From Phoronis australis (lineage: Eukaryota; Animalia; Phoronida): a stretch of 64,000 bases of DNA. The DNA lies in contig NMRA01000375.1 in NCBI GenBank assembly GCA_002633005.1, forward strand, positions 260,241 to 324,240. The letters are read 5' to 3'. The position numbers and the translations under genes were made by a program. Shown here one piece after another: positions 1 through 11,383 of the stretch. The notes under the pieces are model-generated. The model searched no databases, had not been told where the DNA came from, and saw nothing but the letters and a program-made list of their open reading frames with translations. The stretch's first letter is position 1. Each line of letters starts with the position of its first letter.

Positions 1-540
1 AACTGTCTCCACGAACTCTTCTATACTTCTATGTCAAGTGAATATTGGAACTTGTTTATCTTACTCCTCATACTTTTTATTTAAAAATCATCAATTTTCT
101 TATATGTGTTAACACCAGTTCAGTGTTGCATAACTTTTCAATTCAATAGGAGTGCAGACAAACAGTTGGCTCAAATCAAGTTGCACATGACTTGATTAAT
201 GGCTTAGTGAACATATTGCACTCTGTTCACTGGCAATATGGGCTTTTTGTATTTGGATAAGTTAGGACAGTTGCATTTTTTTTTGAGTTTTTATGGCTGA
301 AGTAACCAACCTATCGACATTAACAGGTCAAAAAAATACCACCCATTTTTAATGCATCTCTTCTTACAGGAACGACCACCCATAATTTGAGTTTTTTTCT
401 GAAGACCACCACCCATGAATTTTTATTTCTAGTGCCGTCCCCCCCCTCCCACACGGATTTTACTGGAACAGCCCATAGTAATTTCAATAAAATAAGAATT
501 GAACATTAAAGATGGGCGTCTGTTTGTTATTGTGCTTCAG

Positions 541-625
541 TGACCTGTCCGACAGTACTAACGACCCTAGCAGTAGTAGTGACGGTGGTTTCATCTTTGG
601 CCAGAACCTATCGGACAGAGTGACG
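541..625 (+). CDS. RANBP3: RanBP3 exon (FxFG motif)
   Basis: ttcag|tgacctg...gtgacg|gtaag; DLSDSTNDPSSSSDGGFIFGQNLSDRVT. Confidence 0.85.
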
Positions 626-3600
626 GTAAGGCAGTCTCACTGACAAGGGTACTTTTGTTTAAAACTGGGAAACTGCTGTTTTTATTCTTGGTAAGTTTAC
701 GCTGATTTTTGTTGCTAGGTCTCAAAAAATTGAATTTTGTGTGCTGTGCTGTGCTGCGCTCTGATTCAGCGGTAGGTAAAATGCAGAATGGCTGATCAAC
801 AGTTCACCTGCCATGGAGAGGGCCCATACGCTATGTTTGGAATGCTCGGATTTACAGCACTAGTTACTTACTGAAATTTTGTCTACCTTATATTTGCTGT
901 CCGGAAGCATTTTCTGTAGGCCTTTGAAACTTTCATCCTGTTTCAAATTTGGGTCAGCACTATTTGATTCCTTTTTTCCTATTTTACACATCCATTTTTC
1001 TGGAATAACTTAACTTAATTATGACAACTTTGTTTTTAGAATTCTGTCTCGCCTGGCAACAGTTTATCAACATCAGATTTTGTGTTTGGTCAGAACCTAG
1101 CTGACCGGGTGACCACCAGCACAGAGGCAGAAAGTATAGGAGACCAGGCGTCGAGTAAGGAAGACGAGAAAAATAACAAAGAGAGCAATGGTTTGTGGTT
1201 TAATGTATTGGAGATTAGAGTTTTGTCACACGGTACTGAAGGCAGAACAAGGGTTGAGAAAGGGGTGGACTTAGAAAATATTGTGTTCAGGAATGCTAGG
1301 CTATGAAAACTTTTCAAGTGCTAATTAAAGCTCTTGGCAGCTGTTCATTGCACCTCCAGAATATTAGTAGACACCCGGTTGTTAAAACAACAAATTGTGT
1401 TACTTTGCCATTGTTTTTATCATTCAGGGCCCTCAATCCCTCGATTTTGGGGCTGAATATCAGCTCCATTCCCCTCTGAAAAGTATTGAAAAAACATGCG
1501 AAATTCATCTCATGAGGCTCAAAAATTCCCCTCAAGTTATTGAAAAATTCCCCTCGAGGTTCGAATCACTTGTAACTCACACAGGTGACAATTTGAAAGA
1601 GCGCAAAAAGTTAGTTTTGGCTACTTGAGGCAGAGCCTTTGAGGTCTTGCAACAGGGTGGGGGATGGTGATCGGGGGCTAGAATTTTCCCCTTACTCCAA
1701 AAAAATCCCCCCTCTCAGAAGGCACAAGCACCTTTGTCCTCGTATGAATGAAGACCCTGTCATTACTGGACATGTAATAGTGTCGCAGTGTTTATTGTAT
1801 ATGTGCGTAGTTAGCCCATGTTCCTATTATACGTCACACATGCCTAAGTCCCTCTTACGTGGCCTGGCTCACCTTAAACTAGATGCTTTTCGTATATTTT
1901 TGTCTTCGTTTGTTTATTAGTGGTATATTCATTACGTGTCTACCGTTTTGTAGTGAACCAGTAAATTTTCTTGCTCATATTTTTAAAGTAGGTTTTACTC
2001 TCATAAAGGAGCAGGGGCCTAATTTCAGTTATAGACACAGCTTCACATGCACATGGGCCTAAATACGTGCATAGGTTACAATAAAATAATCGGACAAAAT
2101 AGCATTTCTAAGTCACAATGGCTCATATAAATGGGTATTTGGTCACATGTTTGTGTGTCAAAAGTTATTTGAATTTCGACATTGTCCTGTTTATTTTAAG
2201 AGCTACACCTGCACTTTGTATACTTTGTATGATATGTGTCCTTTGCATGACAGGTATGTTGGTATGTTATAGGTGTGTCCAGCCCTAACAGTAAAACACT
2301 GGCAGAGTCAGCTAATGAATACCTGGCTAAACACAGTCAGAAACAGGAGTACGAACAGGTGGACGTGGTGACAGGAGAGGAGGGCGAGAAACATGTTTTA
2401 CAGGTGAGCTGGGCAGATTGTCAGTCACTCAGGCATCCAAATATGTAATGCACATGCGAACTGTCCTACGAACAGACTCGGAAGACATTATGTCAGCCGC
2501 TGCTCCTTTCATTGGCTGAACTCTTTAAGCACTGAAGGCAAAATTAAATGTGGTCTTGACTAAAAGTACTGTGACTGGATTCGACTGTGGTTTTGTCTGG
2601 GTCATCTAATCTTCAGCGGTATTGTTACTGAGTTAAGAATTGGAGGTCTAAATAATGATAGTTGTGTACCAACAACAGTGTCGTGGTTACGTCATCAATT
2701 GGATTATTTCAAAGATCTGCAGCTTCGCTACATCTTGTGTATTCATTTTATCATGCCTGCTAGTGTTAGTGTGTGTTACAGATTTCCTGTGCGGCTATCA
2801 TCTGGGATAACAGGTGTGTCTGTGTCGTTGTAGATAAACTGCAAGTTGTTTGTGTTTGATAAGACCACCATGGGGTGGAGTGAGCGGGGCCGTGGGGTGC
2901 TGAGGGTCAATGATAGACTAGCAGCTGTAGACCACTTCCAGTCAAGGATTGGTGAGTAGAGCGACAACTGGTGGCACTTTTCAAATCTGCTCCCTATACA
3001 GGTTATCACAAAAGCAAAACTTTTGATGTAGACCAGTTATGGTTACTGTCCTGATTACTTGTTCTTTACTCTGGTTAGAAGCCACTGTTGGTTATTCTCA
3101 CGTTTGGTTCTGGACCCAGTCGAATAAAATTCAATGGCCAAAAATTAAAAATAACTACAAGCCAGTTTTTGCATAGCGCTTTAAATTTACTAAAATTACT
3201 AAGGGCTTTGAACATTATTACCGAGCTATGGACCTGGTAAATCTCAATCGTTCTCTGGTCCCTGGGTCCATACAGTGGGCACAACCGTTCTCCACGAGCA
3301 CAAATTATTCCAAACACAATTTTGTAGATTCTTTAAGTACTAAAATGTCCCCGTGGTTACGCGGATGGGTAAAATAGCCAAAACCTGCAAAAATTATTGA
3401 CAATGTGATGTGATGTGACTTAGCATTTCTGTTCCTATTTCCGGGTCCAAGTTGTGTCATAATAGTGCCAGACACACCATCACTACAAGATCGATATTAC
3501 TTAAGGCATTGCTTGGTGCAATGATGAGAACATAAAATGACCTGCTGGTCACTCTAGTTATTAGGTCTGGTCTCAAAGATGGTCCTATACCACATCTTCT

Positions 3601-6600
3601 CAAGTCCACATGTCACGTGGCTTCTTGTCTTAACGTTCTGTAAAACCCTGAAAAGTCTTCAGTTTTGGCCAACTTTGGAACATAGTGTCCCAGAAATGTC
3701 TGATCGGATTCACATGGAACTTTCAGATATTTATACAAAATGCTGTTAGGAATTTTTGTTTTTAAAGTGTATCACTTTTGCTTTTTCGTCAGTGTTGATG
3801 GCCATTTCGCAACCGATGAGATAGTATTTTATTTTCTGGGTCCATTTCAGTGAAGTGCTTGTGTGGCAGTTTTTGCAAATTATCCTACTAACCGTGATTA
3901 TTCTCTCTCTCAAATTTAAATTAGTGATGCGAACAGCCGGCAGTCTACGAGTTATCCTGAATACCAAGATCTGGAGTGGAATGTCTGTGGAAAAGGCTAA
4001 CGAACGGAGCGTCAGGCTGTCGGCCATGGACGAGAATAATATTAAAGTGTTCCTCATCATGGTAAGATAATGATTGTGGCTGTGATTTGACCAGATACTC
4101 ACCTGATTTTTTCCAGTGTGCATGGGTGTATTCATTTCAGCCACAAGTCCAGATAATAGTTTCAGTTTAACTTCTTGTTGCAGTCTCATGCTTGTGTAAA
4201 CGTTTGAATCAATATTGAATCTTTGTGGATCGAAGTGTGAATGGTATTCATCAAAAGTGGCCATAAACCCACCAGCGGCTGTCAAAGAACCTACTTTTGA
4301 GTTGGACCGCTTTCCTCTATAAAAGTGCATTATTCACAACTTGTTCTGTACTCAGATGAGTGTCTGATTTCTGTTCTATGGCAGAACTGACAATTTGGTG
4401 GTGCTTGAGATCAAATTTGGCTCATAAACAGATCTCAAGCAAATTGTAACTTGCTCCCAAGCCAACAAATGGTCCAAGGAACAAGTAAAGTCCAGATTTC
4501 AACTGCACCCCAGGTTCCCTATTTTTTGATGTTCATAGCTGCTTTTGTGGCCACCTAGTTTACAGTAATCAGAGAAGCATGCTTGTCATTCTATACAACC
4601 ATTTGATCTCTTGTCACTGCCTGTTCACGGTAGTGCGAAAGACACCAGCCAGCTGTGTGGTGGATTAGGCTGGACATTGATGTTCGTTATTTTACTGCTG
4701 CACCCCCGTGACTGTTGGTGATCACCATCAGTATGGTATAGGGCGCAAAACACTGAGCAGCTGTGGTGGATTAGATTGTACATCGATGCTCATCCGTTTA
4801 CTGCTACATCACTGCTACTGTAAGTGATCAGAGCAGGGTAGTGGGGAAGACACCAACCAGGTTTATGGTAGATTAGACTGGACATTCATACTAATTCTTT
4901 TACTGCTGCACCACCATGACTTGTTGATCACTATCAATGTATTGTAGTGCGATAGACACCAACCAGCTGTATGGTGGATTAGGCTGGACATTGATGCTCT
5001 TTGTTTTACTGCTGCACCTCTGTGCCTGTTGGTGATCATCAAACAAGTACTATAGTGCTAATAAAATGCTGACCTGCTGGTGATCACTGCAGGTAGCGGA
5101 AAGCCACCAGCCTGATGTATAACACAATAGACTAGCAAGTGATGTTGTCATTTATTTCAATCCCTTTTACATGTAGTTCTTGTCCATTACTGTTCAGGGT
5201 AGTGCTAAGGACACAGACCAGCTGTTTGGTGCCATAGAGGGGCGGATACAGCAGTTGAAGATGACTGAAGTTGCAGACAGTGGTTCCAGTTCACCCGAAG
5301 GAGAGGGTTTGGAGAAGAGGCAACGAGAGGACTCGCCCGAGGAATCACCACCCAGGAAGACCATGTAGGGAAGCATGCCAACCATTCTGTATAAATGTTA
5401 TGCATTCTGTTTTTTAAGGAAAACTGTGTGATCCATTTAACTTTTTTATAATATAGTAAGTCAGATCTAACTAGACTGGGGGATTGCATCTGATTGAGAT
5501 AAAAATCCGACTTATCTGAAGGTTTGATGAGTGCAGGAAATAAACTGTGCTACTTAACTTAATCGGACTTCCACACGATTTGCGGTATTTATTTCGTTCA
5601 AATTTTTTATTTGTACTGCTGGTGGCAGTCATACAAAAGCCAATTATTAGGTGATGCAGTCGACTTTGCAAGCCTCAGAGGTTAAAACCTTGCTGGCATT
5701 CCTTTTTGTGGCATTTGAAATAAACTTCAAGAACTTGGCTGGAATTGATTCAGGCAGGTGCCTTTTTTGATTTTTGAGATGCTGGTTTCAAAAGGATTCT
5801 GGAGTACAGACCACAACCAGTTGTACTTTGCTGTTCTTTCATTACGAGTCCATGTGCTTATCACAAAATGCCATTTGTCCTATGGTCCATTTGTCCTGAG
5901 GTCCATTTGTCCTATGGTCCATTTGTCCTGAGGTCCATTTGTCCTGGGGTCCATTTGTCCTGGGGTCCATTTGTCCTGGGGTCCATTTGTCCTGGGGTCC
6001 ATTTGTCCTGGGATCCATTTCATGAAAAATGACGTAAAGGGGAAAGCAACCATTTCTGATGTTATCTGTTGGTGACAATGCAAATCCACGGTTATATTGT
6101 ATGGCATTTTGCTGTGTTACTGTTCACATGACACCTGTTCTTGCCATGGAATAATGGGATGGGACATAAATGGCCTGGCAAAGAGCCTGCATCGTGGTTC
6201 TGTACTCACTTCCATTGCGCAAATCAATGTCCTACACAGACTGTGTCCAGTTGGGAGTAGAACATGGCTTCCTCAGTGGAAGTAAATACAGCAACAAGAT
6301 GTAACTTGTTTGGCTGTTTATGTTGTACTTGGAAAAAGGACCTGCAATTTGTTTACTAAAGGTAACATCCACTTGGAGGAGACTCGTCAGAAATTTGATC
6401 TTCGCAATTACTGAATAAAGGTTTAGCCATGNTGGTAGATTAGACTGGACATTCATGCTAATTCTTTTACTGCTGCACCACCATGACTGTTGGTGATCAC
6501 TGTCAGTGTATTGTAGTGCGATAGACACCAACCAGCTGTATGGTGGATTAGGCTTGACATTGATGCTCTTTGTTTTACTGCTGCACCACTGTGCCTGTTG

Positions 6601-9129
6601 GTGATCATCTGACAAGTACTATAGTGCTAATAAAATGCTGACCTGCTGGTGATCACTGCAGGTAGCGGAAAGATACCAGCCTGATGTATAACACAATAGA
6701 CTAGCAAGTGATGTTGTCATTTATTTCAACCCCTTTTACATGTAGTTCTTGTCCATTACTGTTCAGGGTAGTGCTAAGGACACAGACCAGCTGTTTGGTG
6801 CCATAGAGGGGCGGATACAGCAGTTGAAGATGACTGAAGTTGCAGACAGTGGTTCCAGTTCACCCGAAGGAGAGGGTTTGGAGAAGAGGCAACGAGAGGA
6901 CTCGCCCGAGGAATCACCACCCAGGAAGACAATGTAAGGAAGCATGGCAACCATTCTCTATTAATGTTATGCATTCTGTTTTTTAAGGAAAACTGTGTGA
7001 TCCATTTAACTTTTTTATAATATAGTAAGTCAGATCCTACTAGACTGGGGGATTTCATCTGATTGAGACAAAAATCCGACTTATCTGAAGGTTTGATGAG
7101 TGCAGGAAATAAACTGTGCTACTTAACTTAATCGGACTTCCACACGATTTGCGGTATTTATTTCGTTCATTTTTTTTTATTTGTACTGCTGGTGGCAGTC
7201 GTACAAAAGCCAATTATTAGGTGATGCAGTCGACTTTGCAAGCCACAGAGGTTAAAACCTTGCTGGCATTCCTTTTTGTGGCATTTGAAATAAACTTCAA
7301 GAACTTGGCTGGAATTGATTCAGGCAGGTGTCTTTTTTGATTTTTGAGATGCTGGTTTCAAAAGGATTCTGGAGTACAGACCACAACCAGTTGTACTTTG
7401 CTGTTCTTTCATTACGAGTCCATGTGCTTATCACAAAATGCCATTTGTCCTATGGTCCATTTGTCCTAAGGTCCATTTGTCCTATGGTCCATTTTTCCTA
7501 TGGTCCATTTGTCCTGAGGTCCATTTGTCCTGAGGTCCATTTGTCCTGGGGTCCATTTGTCCTGGGGTCCATTTCATGAAAAGTGACGTAAAGGGGAAAG
7601 CAACCATTTCTGACGTTATCTGTTGGTGAAAATGCAAATCCACGGTTATATTGTATGGCATTTTGCTGTGTTAGTTACTGTTCACATGACACCTGTTCTT
7701 GCCATGGAATAATGGGATGTGACATAAATGGCCTGGCAAACAGCCTGCATCGTGGTTCTGTACTCACTTCCATTGAGCAAATCAATGTCCTACACAGACT
7801 GTGTTCAGTTGGGAGTAGAACATGGCATCCTCAGTGGAAGTAAATACAGAAGCAAGATGTAACTTGTTGGGCTGTTTATGTTGTATTTGGAAAAAGTACC
7901 TGCAATTTGTTTACTAAACGTAACATCCACTTGGAGGAGACTCGCCAGAAATTTGATCTTCGCAATTACTGAATAAAGGTTTAGCCATGTGGTTATTAGC
8001 ACCTGACAGCCTAAAAATAATTGATACAAGTTAGACAGTAATTAGCAGTTATGAGTGTATTCTAAGACTTTGCGCTTAAGTTTGCTAAAGTGAGATTTAA
8101 ATATTTTTCAGAAGTAGTTGTGCGGGGTGTAAGACCAAATTTCTGACTTAAATCTTAAGTCATTTTTCATGAAACAGGCCCCTGGTTGTGTAATGAGAGT
8201 TATGTTTATGGTTGTAGGCGAGGTTGTGAAAGTCACGATCCCCAGCTGAGACGAGACATGAAGGAGGAGTCTAACGACAGTAGTACAGCTGACCCCGAAA
8301 CTGAAGGTGCTACTCTTGAACTGAACGTAATTTGAAAATCACCGATTGGTCCTTTACAAACAGGAGCGTGTTCTGTAACACTAGTCAGTTGTGAGACACC
8401 AGCTGCAAAACATCTGGACTGAAACAATGGGGCTAATCAGACTGATTTTGGGGTTTCCCATTTTTCTTTCGTAATTCATGATTCTGGCATAGCTGTCACT
8501 CACTTTCAGTGTCGGCCTATTTTGCTGCTGTATGCTAATAAGGATGTGGCATTACTCTCAGAACCCTAATGAGGTCTTGCCTGTCTGGTGTGGTCTTGTG
8601 TGATCTTGTACAACCAGATGTAACCCTACTATGGTGTACATCAACTTTACCAGTAGCCGTTTCACGATATCTTGACTAACTTAATACTTTTATCTTTAAG
8701 GGATTGAGGTGCCATTTTTTCCAGAAACATTTCTTCACTACCGAATCCAAATGAAAGGAAATGTCCTATTATAGCAAGCACTTAATAAATAAATGCAACT
8801 ATTGTTTCTAATTTACACTGGGTGTTTTCATCTTTGTCTATTTATTACAAGTTGAATGCTCTTGAAATACTGAGCTTTACAGTCAGCAGACGAGTGCTTT
8901 TTAGCTGTGACTATTTTATGGCCATTCAGTGACATAGCGTTGTACGATGAAGCTAACTCAGTGTTTACTAGTGTCTGTGATACCAAATTCATTTGTACAC
9001 GAACTATGCAATGCCTTTGTAAGTAAAATTGTGGAGGAATCTTTATAGAACTGTCTATCACTGTTTGCAGCGTCCAATGAAAGCTTCACGTCATCGCCTG
9101 CGGTAAGGTCGTCGTCATCCGAGTACTGA
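541..9129 (+). CDS. RANBP3: Ran-binding protein 3-like gene (5' end outside the window), spliced
   Basis: Exons with AG/GT boundaries and consistent phases: 541-625 (GGFIFGQNLSDRVT), 1040-1190 (DFVFGQNLADRV), 2273-2403 (LAESANEY...VVTGEEGEKHVLQ), 2834-2951 (INCKLFVFDK...WSERGRGVLRVND), 3925-4061 (VMRTAGSLRVILNTKIW...KVFLIM), 5198-5364 (duplicate 6767-6933; GSAKDTDQLFGAIEGRI), 8218-8306, 9071-9129 (TGA). FxFGQNL motifs plus this RanBD1 sequence are characteristic of RanBP3. Confidence 0.92.
1040..1190 (+). CDS. RANBP3: RanBP3 exon (FxFG motif)
   Basis: ttttag|aattct...aatg|gtttgt; NSVSPGNSLSTSDFVFGQNLADRVTT...KESN; donor is weak but phase-compatible with the next exon. Confidence 0.8.
1425..1740. 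repeat. Dispersed repeat (degraded TE) with a second copy at about 54930-55200
   Basis: Shared blocks in the same order: ttttggg(gc/a)tgaat, ggtt(c/a)gaatcact, ttgg/tcgg..tacttgagg, gaattttccc..tac.(c)aaaaaa.tcc..ctc..aagg.aca.gcac. Confidence 0.55.
2273..2403 (+). CDS. RANBP3: RanBP3 exon (start of Ran-binding domain)
   Basis: ttatag|gtgtg...ttacag|gtgag; KTLAESANEYLAKHSQKQEYEQVDVVTGEEGEKHVLQ. Confidence 0.9.
2834..2951 (+). CDS. RANBP3: RanBP3 exon (RanBD1)
   Basis: ttgtag|ataaac...gattg|gtgag; INCKLFVFDKTTMGWSERGRGVLRVNDRLAAVDHFQSRI. Confidence 0.92.
3925..4061 (+). CDS. RANBP3: RanBP3 exon (RanBD1)
   Basis: ttag|tgatgcga...catg|gtaag; VMRTAGSLRVILNTKIWSGMSVEKANERSVRLSAMDENNIKVFLIM. Confidence 0.92.
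4641..5060. repeat. Degenerate minisatellite, about 105 bp x4, in a RanBP3 intron
   Basis: Units start near 4641, 4751, 4851 and 4957; core tggtggattaggctggacattgatg...ttttactgctgcacc. Confidence 0.8.
5198..5364 (+). CDS. RANBP3: RanBP3 exon (end of RanBD1), copy 1
   Basis: ttcag|ggtagt...accat|gtaggg; GSAKDTDQLFGAIEGRIQQLKMTE...PPRKT. Confidence 0.85.
5871..6020. repeat. 16-bp minisatellite CCATTTGTCCTRDGGT, about 9.4 copies
   Basis: Direct count; the duplicate block has about 8.4 copies at 7441-7574. Confidence 0.95.
6767..6933 (+). CDS. RANBP3: RanBP3 exon, duplicate copy (probably the second haplotype)
   Basis: Protein-identical to 5198-5364; lies in the block that starts right after the n at 6432; donor at|gtaagg. 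Confidence 0.7.
7441..7574. repeat. 16-bp minisatellite, about 8.4 copies (second copy)
   Basis: Same unit as 5871-6020, one unit fewer. Confidence 0.95.
8218..8306 (+). CDS. RANBP3: RanBP3 penultimate exon (acidic tail)
   Basis: ttgtag|gcga...gaag|gtgct; phase-2 entry matches the upstream donor; RGCESHDPQLRRDMKEESNDSSTADPETE. Confidence 0.65.
9071..9129 (+). CDS. RANBP3: RanBP3 terminal coding exon
   Basis: tttgcag|cgtcc; phase-1 entry matches the donor at 8306; (A)SNESFTSSPAVRSSSSEY*; AATAAA downstream at 9564-9569. Confidence 0.6.
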
Positions 9130-9563
9130 CGTTTGAGGAAAGTTCAAGGTTCGTTTCAGCTTGGAGGTCAGCAAACAAGGGTAATCAAAACTCTAGGGTT
9201 GGTGGACTCAAAGTCACCACACTGCTGTGCAGTTGATGTGTCCTGGCCAAGAGAGATCCAATGACATCATAGACAATGTGCTTACCATGGAGAAGTGCTA
9301 TTCTGAAGTACAAGATGACTTATGAAAAACTCCCTGGTAAACTGTGATGCCGACCCTCGCAAAGGTTTAAAGTAGAGCCTTACTATATTAAGATCTTCTC
9401 AAATCATCTCTAACCTCATTCTTTTTACATTTTTTAAAGTTGATATGTGAAAGTAGAACTTTTTTCTTCAAAACGTTGTTATGGATGTTCACTATCCTGC
9501 ATATTTAAAACTGCATGTCATGTACAAGTGGTATAGATTTGTACCATATTGTAAATAACTAAA

Positions 9564-9569
9564 AATAAA
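9564..9569 (+). terminator. Candidate polyadenylation signal of RanBP3
   Basis: AATAAA about 435 nt after the stop, in an AT-rich UTR-like tract. Confidence 0.4.
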
Positions 9570-11304
9570 GTGTTATCTATGTAACTATAACGCTGCTCAC
9601 TGTAAACACTTCAACGTTGTTTCAGATTTTAATCTTGCAACTTGGGCACTGTTGTCAACATAATAGGTAAAGCAGAAACTTGATTATTGGAGGTATTTTA
9701 TTTAACAATCGATGATACATAATATCGAGTTGTTTCACAATGTTGATTAAAGCTGCGCTCCCTGTCACAAAAATCAATACAGGTTTGGTTTAGACCACTT
9801 AAAGTTATAAAGTTAGTCTTGTCTTGTTCCTTGCTCAGTACAGAAGTGATCGCTGGGCTCAGCTCCTTCCATGCCCAGAAATCATATTTATTTTGACTTG
9901 GGAACAATTTGAGACCAATTTCATAACGGTAAGTGACCCAAGTCAAAACTTGATTTAATGCCTCTTTAACTCGAGGTGTGCTGACATTGGGGATGGATAT
10001 AACTTGATTGGGACTTAAACCCCGTGTACCAGTCAAGAATATTGCACGTTTCATTCAGTAGCACTTCTGAACATCACTTAGCCAGTGACAGAAATTACAC
10101 ATAAATCATACCATAAAGTCACCTGTCTTGATTTCAAAGAGTGTCTTAAGACATATGAGAGAATTGGCAATTTTGTAATAAAATCGCAAAAATGGATATT
10201 AGTATTTTCTAGCTGTCAAAACCAATAATCTCAAAAGTGCTGTTTTTGGCCATGAAAACGATAATATAAGTCATGACTCGCATTAAAAATCTGAATTCTA
10301 TGTAAAATTGCCTGCCAATGCCAACAAAGTAAAACGAAAATTTTATCATCTCTTTGACTAGGAGAAAGTTGAAAATGAAAACTTGGACACGATTCGTGAT
10401 CCAAGTAGACGTAGTCCAAATTTCGCACTCTAGGAGTATCCGTCAAAATCTGGAACCTGTATATGATAATTGCAAATATAAGATGGTTCAGTGACTAGCT
10501 CACAAAATCTCAGTTTGAGACGTGCAAACAGACAAATGCACAATCATTTACAGCGCGATCCATACGTATTCAGACAAAACGACCGCAATTACAACTTGGC
10601 GGAACCCGAATTCATTGTCGGAGTAGTCTTCCCTCACGATTGAAAACGGAATTAACAGGAAAGTTAGTAAGGTGACTAAGCCATTCTGTAATTTGAATTT
10701 AGCAACCATAGTTCTTACCAGTCTATTTGCTGTTAACAGAATTGGCTATCATGATGGGGATAGCGGCATTCTTCCACTTTTGTCTTGTCCTGTATTACAC
10801 AGGTCCATGACAGAGCACCAATCTTTATACAGTATAAAGAATTCATCCACCCTTTAGTCGAGTCTCTAGCTCCTCCACTATTAATAAAGCGCAAAAATGG
10901 TTCCAGGTGATCAGTGAGCACTACACCCCCACCTAGTGAGCAACTTGCGCATGTCTGCAACAATTTTTACAAATTAAAAGGATTCATACAATCTTGGTGT
11001 CTTTAACTTGCTCTTCAACAATTCATGTGGATTTGGCAAATATGCTTGTGGAGAAAGTTGTTTGAACACCAGAACGTTATTTACAGTAGCTTTACGTGAT
11101 TAAGATCTGGGGCCATGATTTACAGTTGGACAAACAACTTTATGACAGGTGTAACATAGGCCAACAGATACGACAAACTAGACCTACAGTGAAATGTCAT
11201 CTCGCACGCATTGAACAGGCCCAAATTACTTCGTGATTGATGGAATAATTTTATTATTTTGCAATTCACTAATAAAAAACCAATGACGAGACTTGTAGAC
11301 TCCA

Positions 11305-11383
11305 TCACCTGTCCATAATTGTTCTGTATTCCTGCTGATGTTCCACCATCTTCAGAAATACTTCATATTTCTTCTCATAGAAT
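11305..11383 (-). CDS. FGGY: FGGY terminal coding exon
   Basis: [25 protein letters not shown]; AATAAA on the minus strand at 11250-11255. Confidence 0.92.

Larger units (their letters stand above)
4866..7989. repeat. Direct duplication of about 1.56 kb (4866-6431 / 6433-7989) joined by a single n
   Basis: Near-identical blocks differing by scattered SNPs and small indels; n at 6432. Confidence 0.9.

Noticed and set aside
3746-4330. 194-aa minus-strand ORF
   Set aside because: Antisense to a RanBP3 exon and intron; no recognisable domain.
5871-6020. Regular short repeats resembling a CRISPR array; repetitive ORFs (MDPRTNGPQDKWTPGQ)
   Set aside because: Head-to-tail 16-bp units with no unique spacers, eukaryotic intron context and no cas genes; the ORFs are by-products of the minisatellite.
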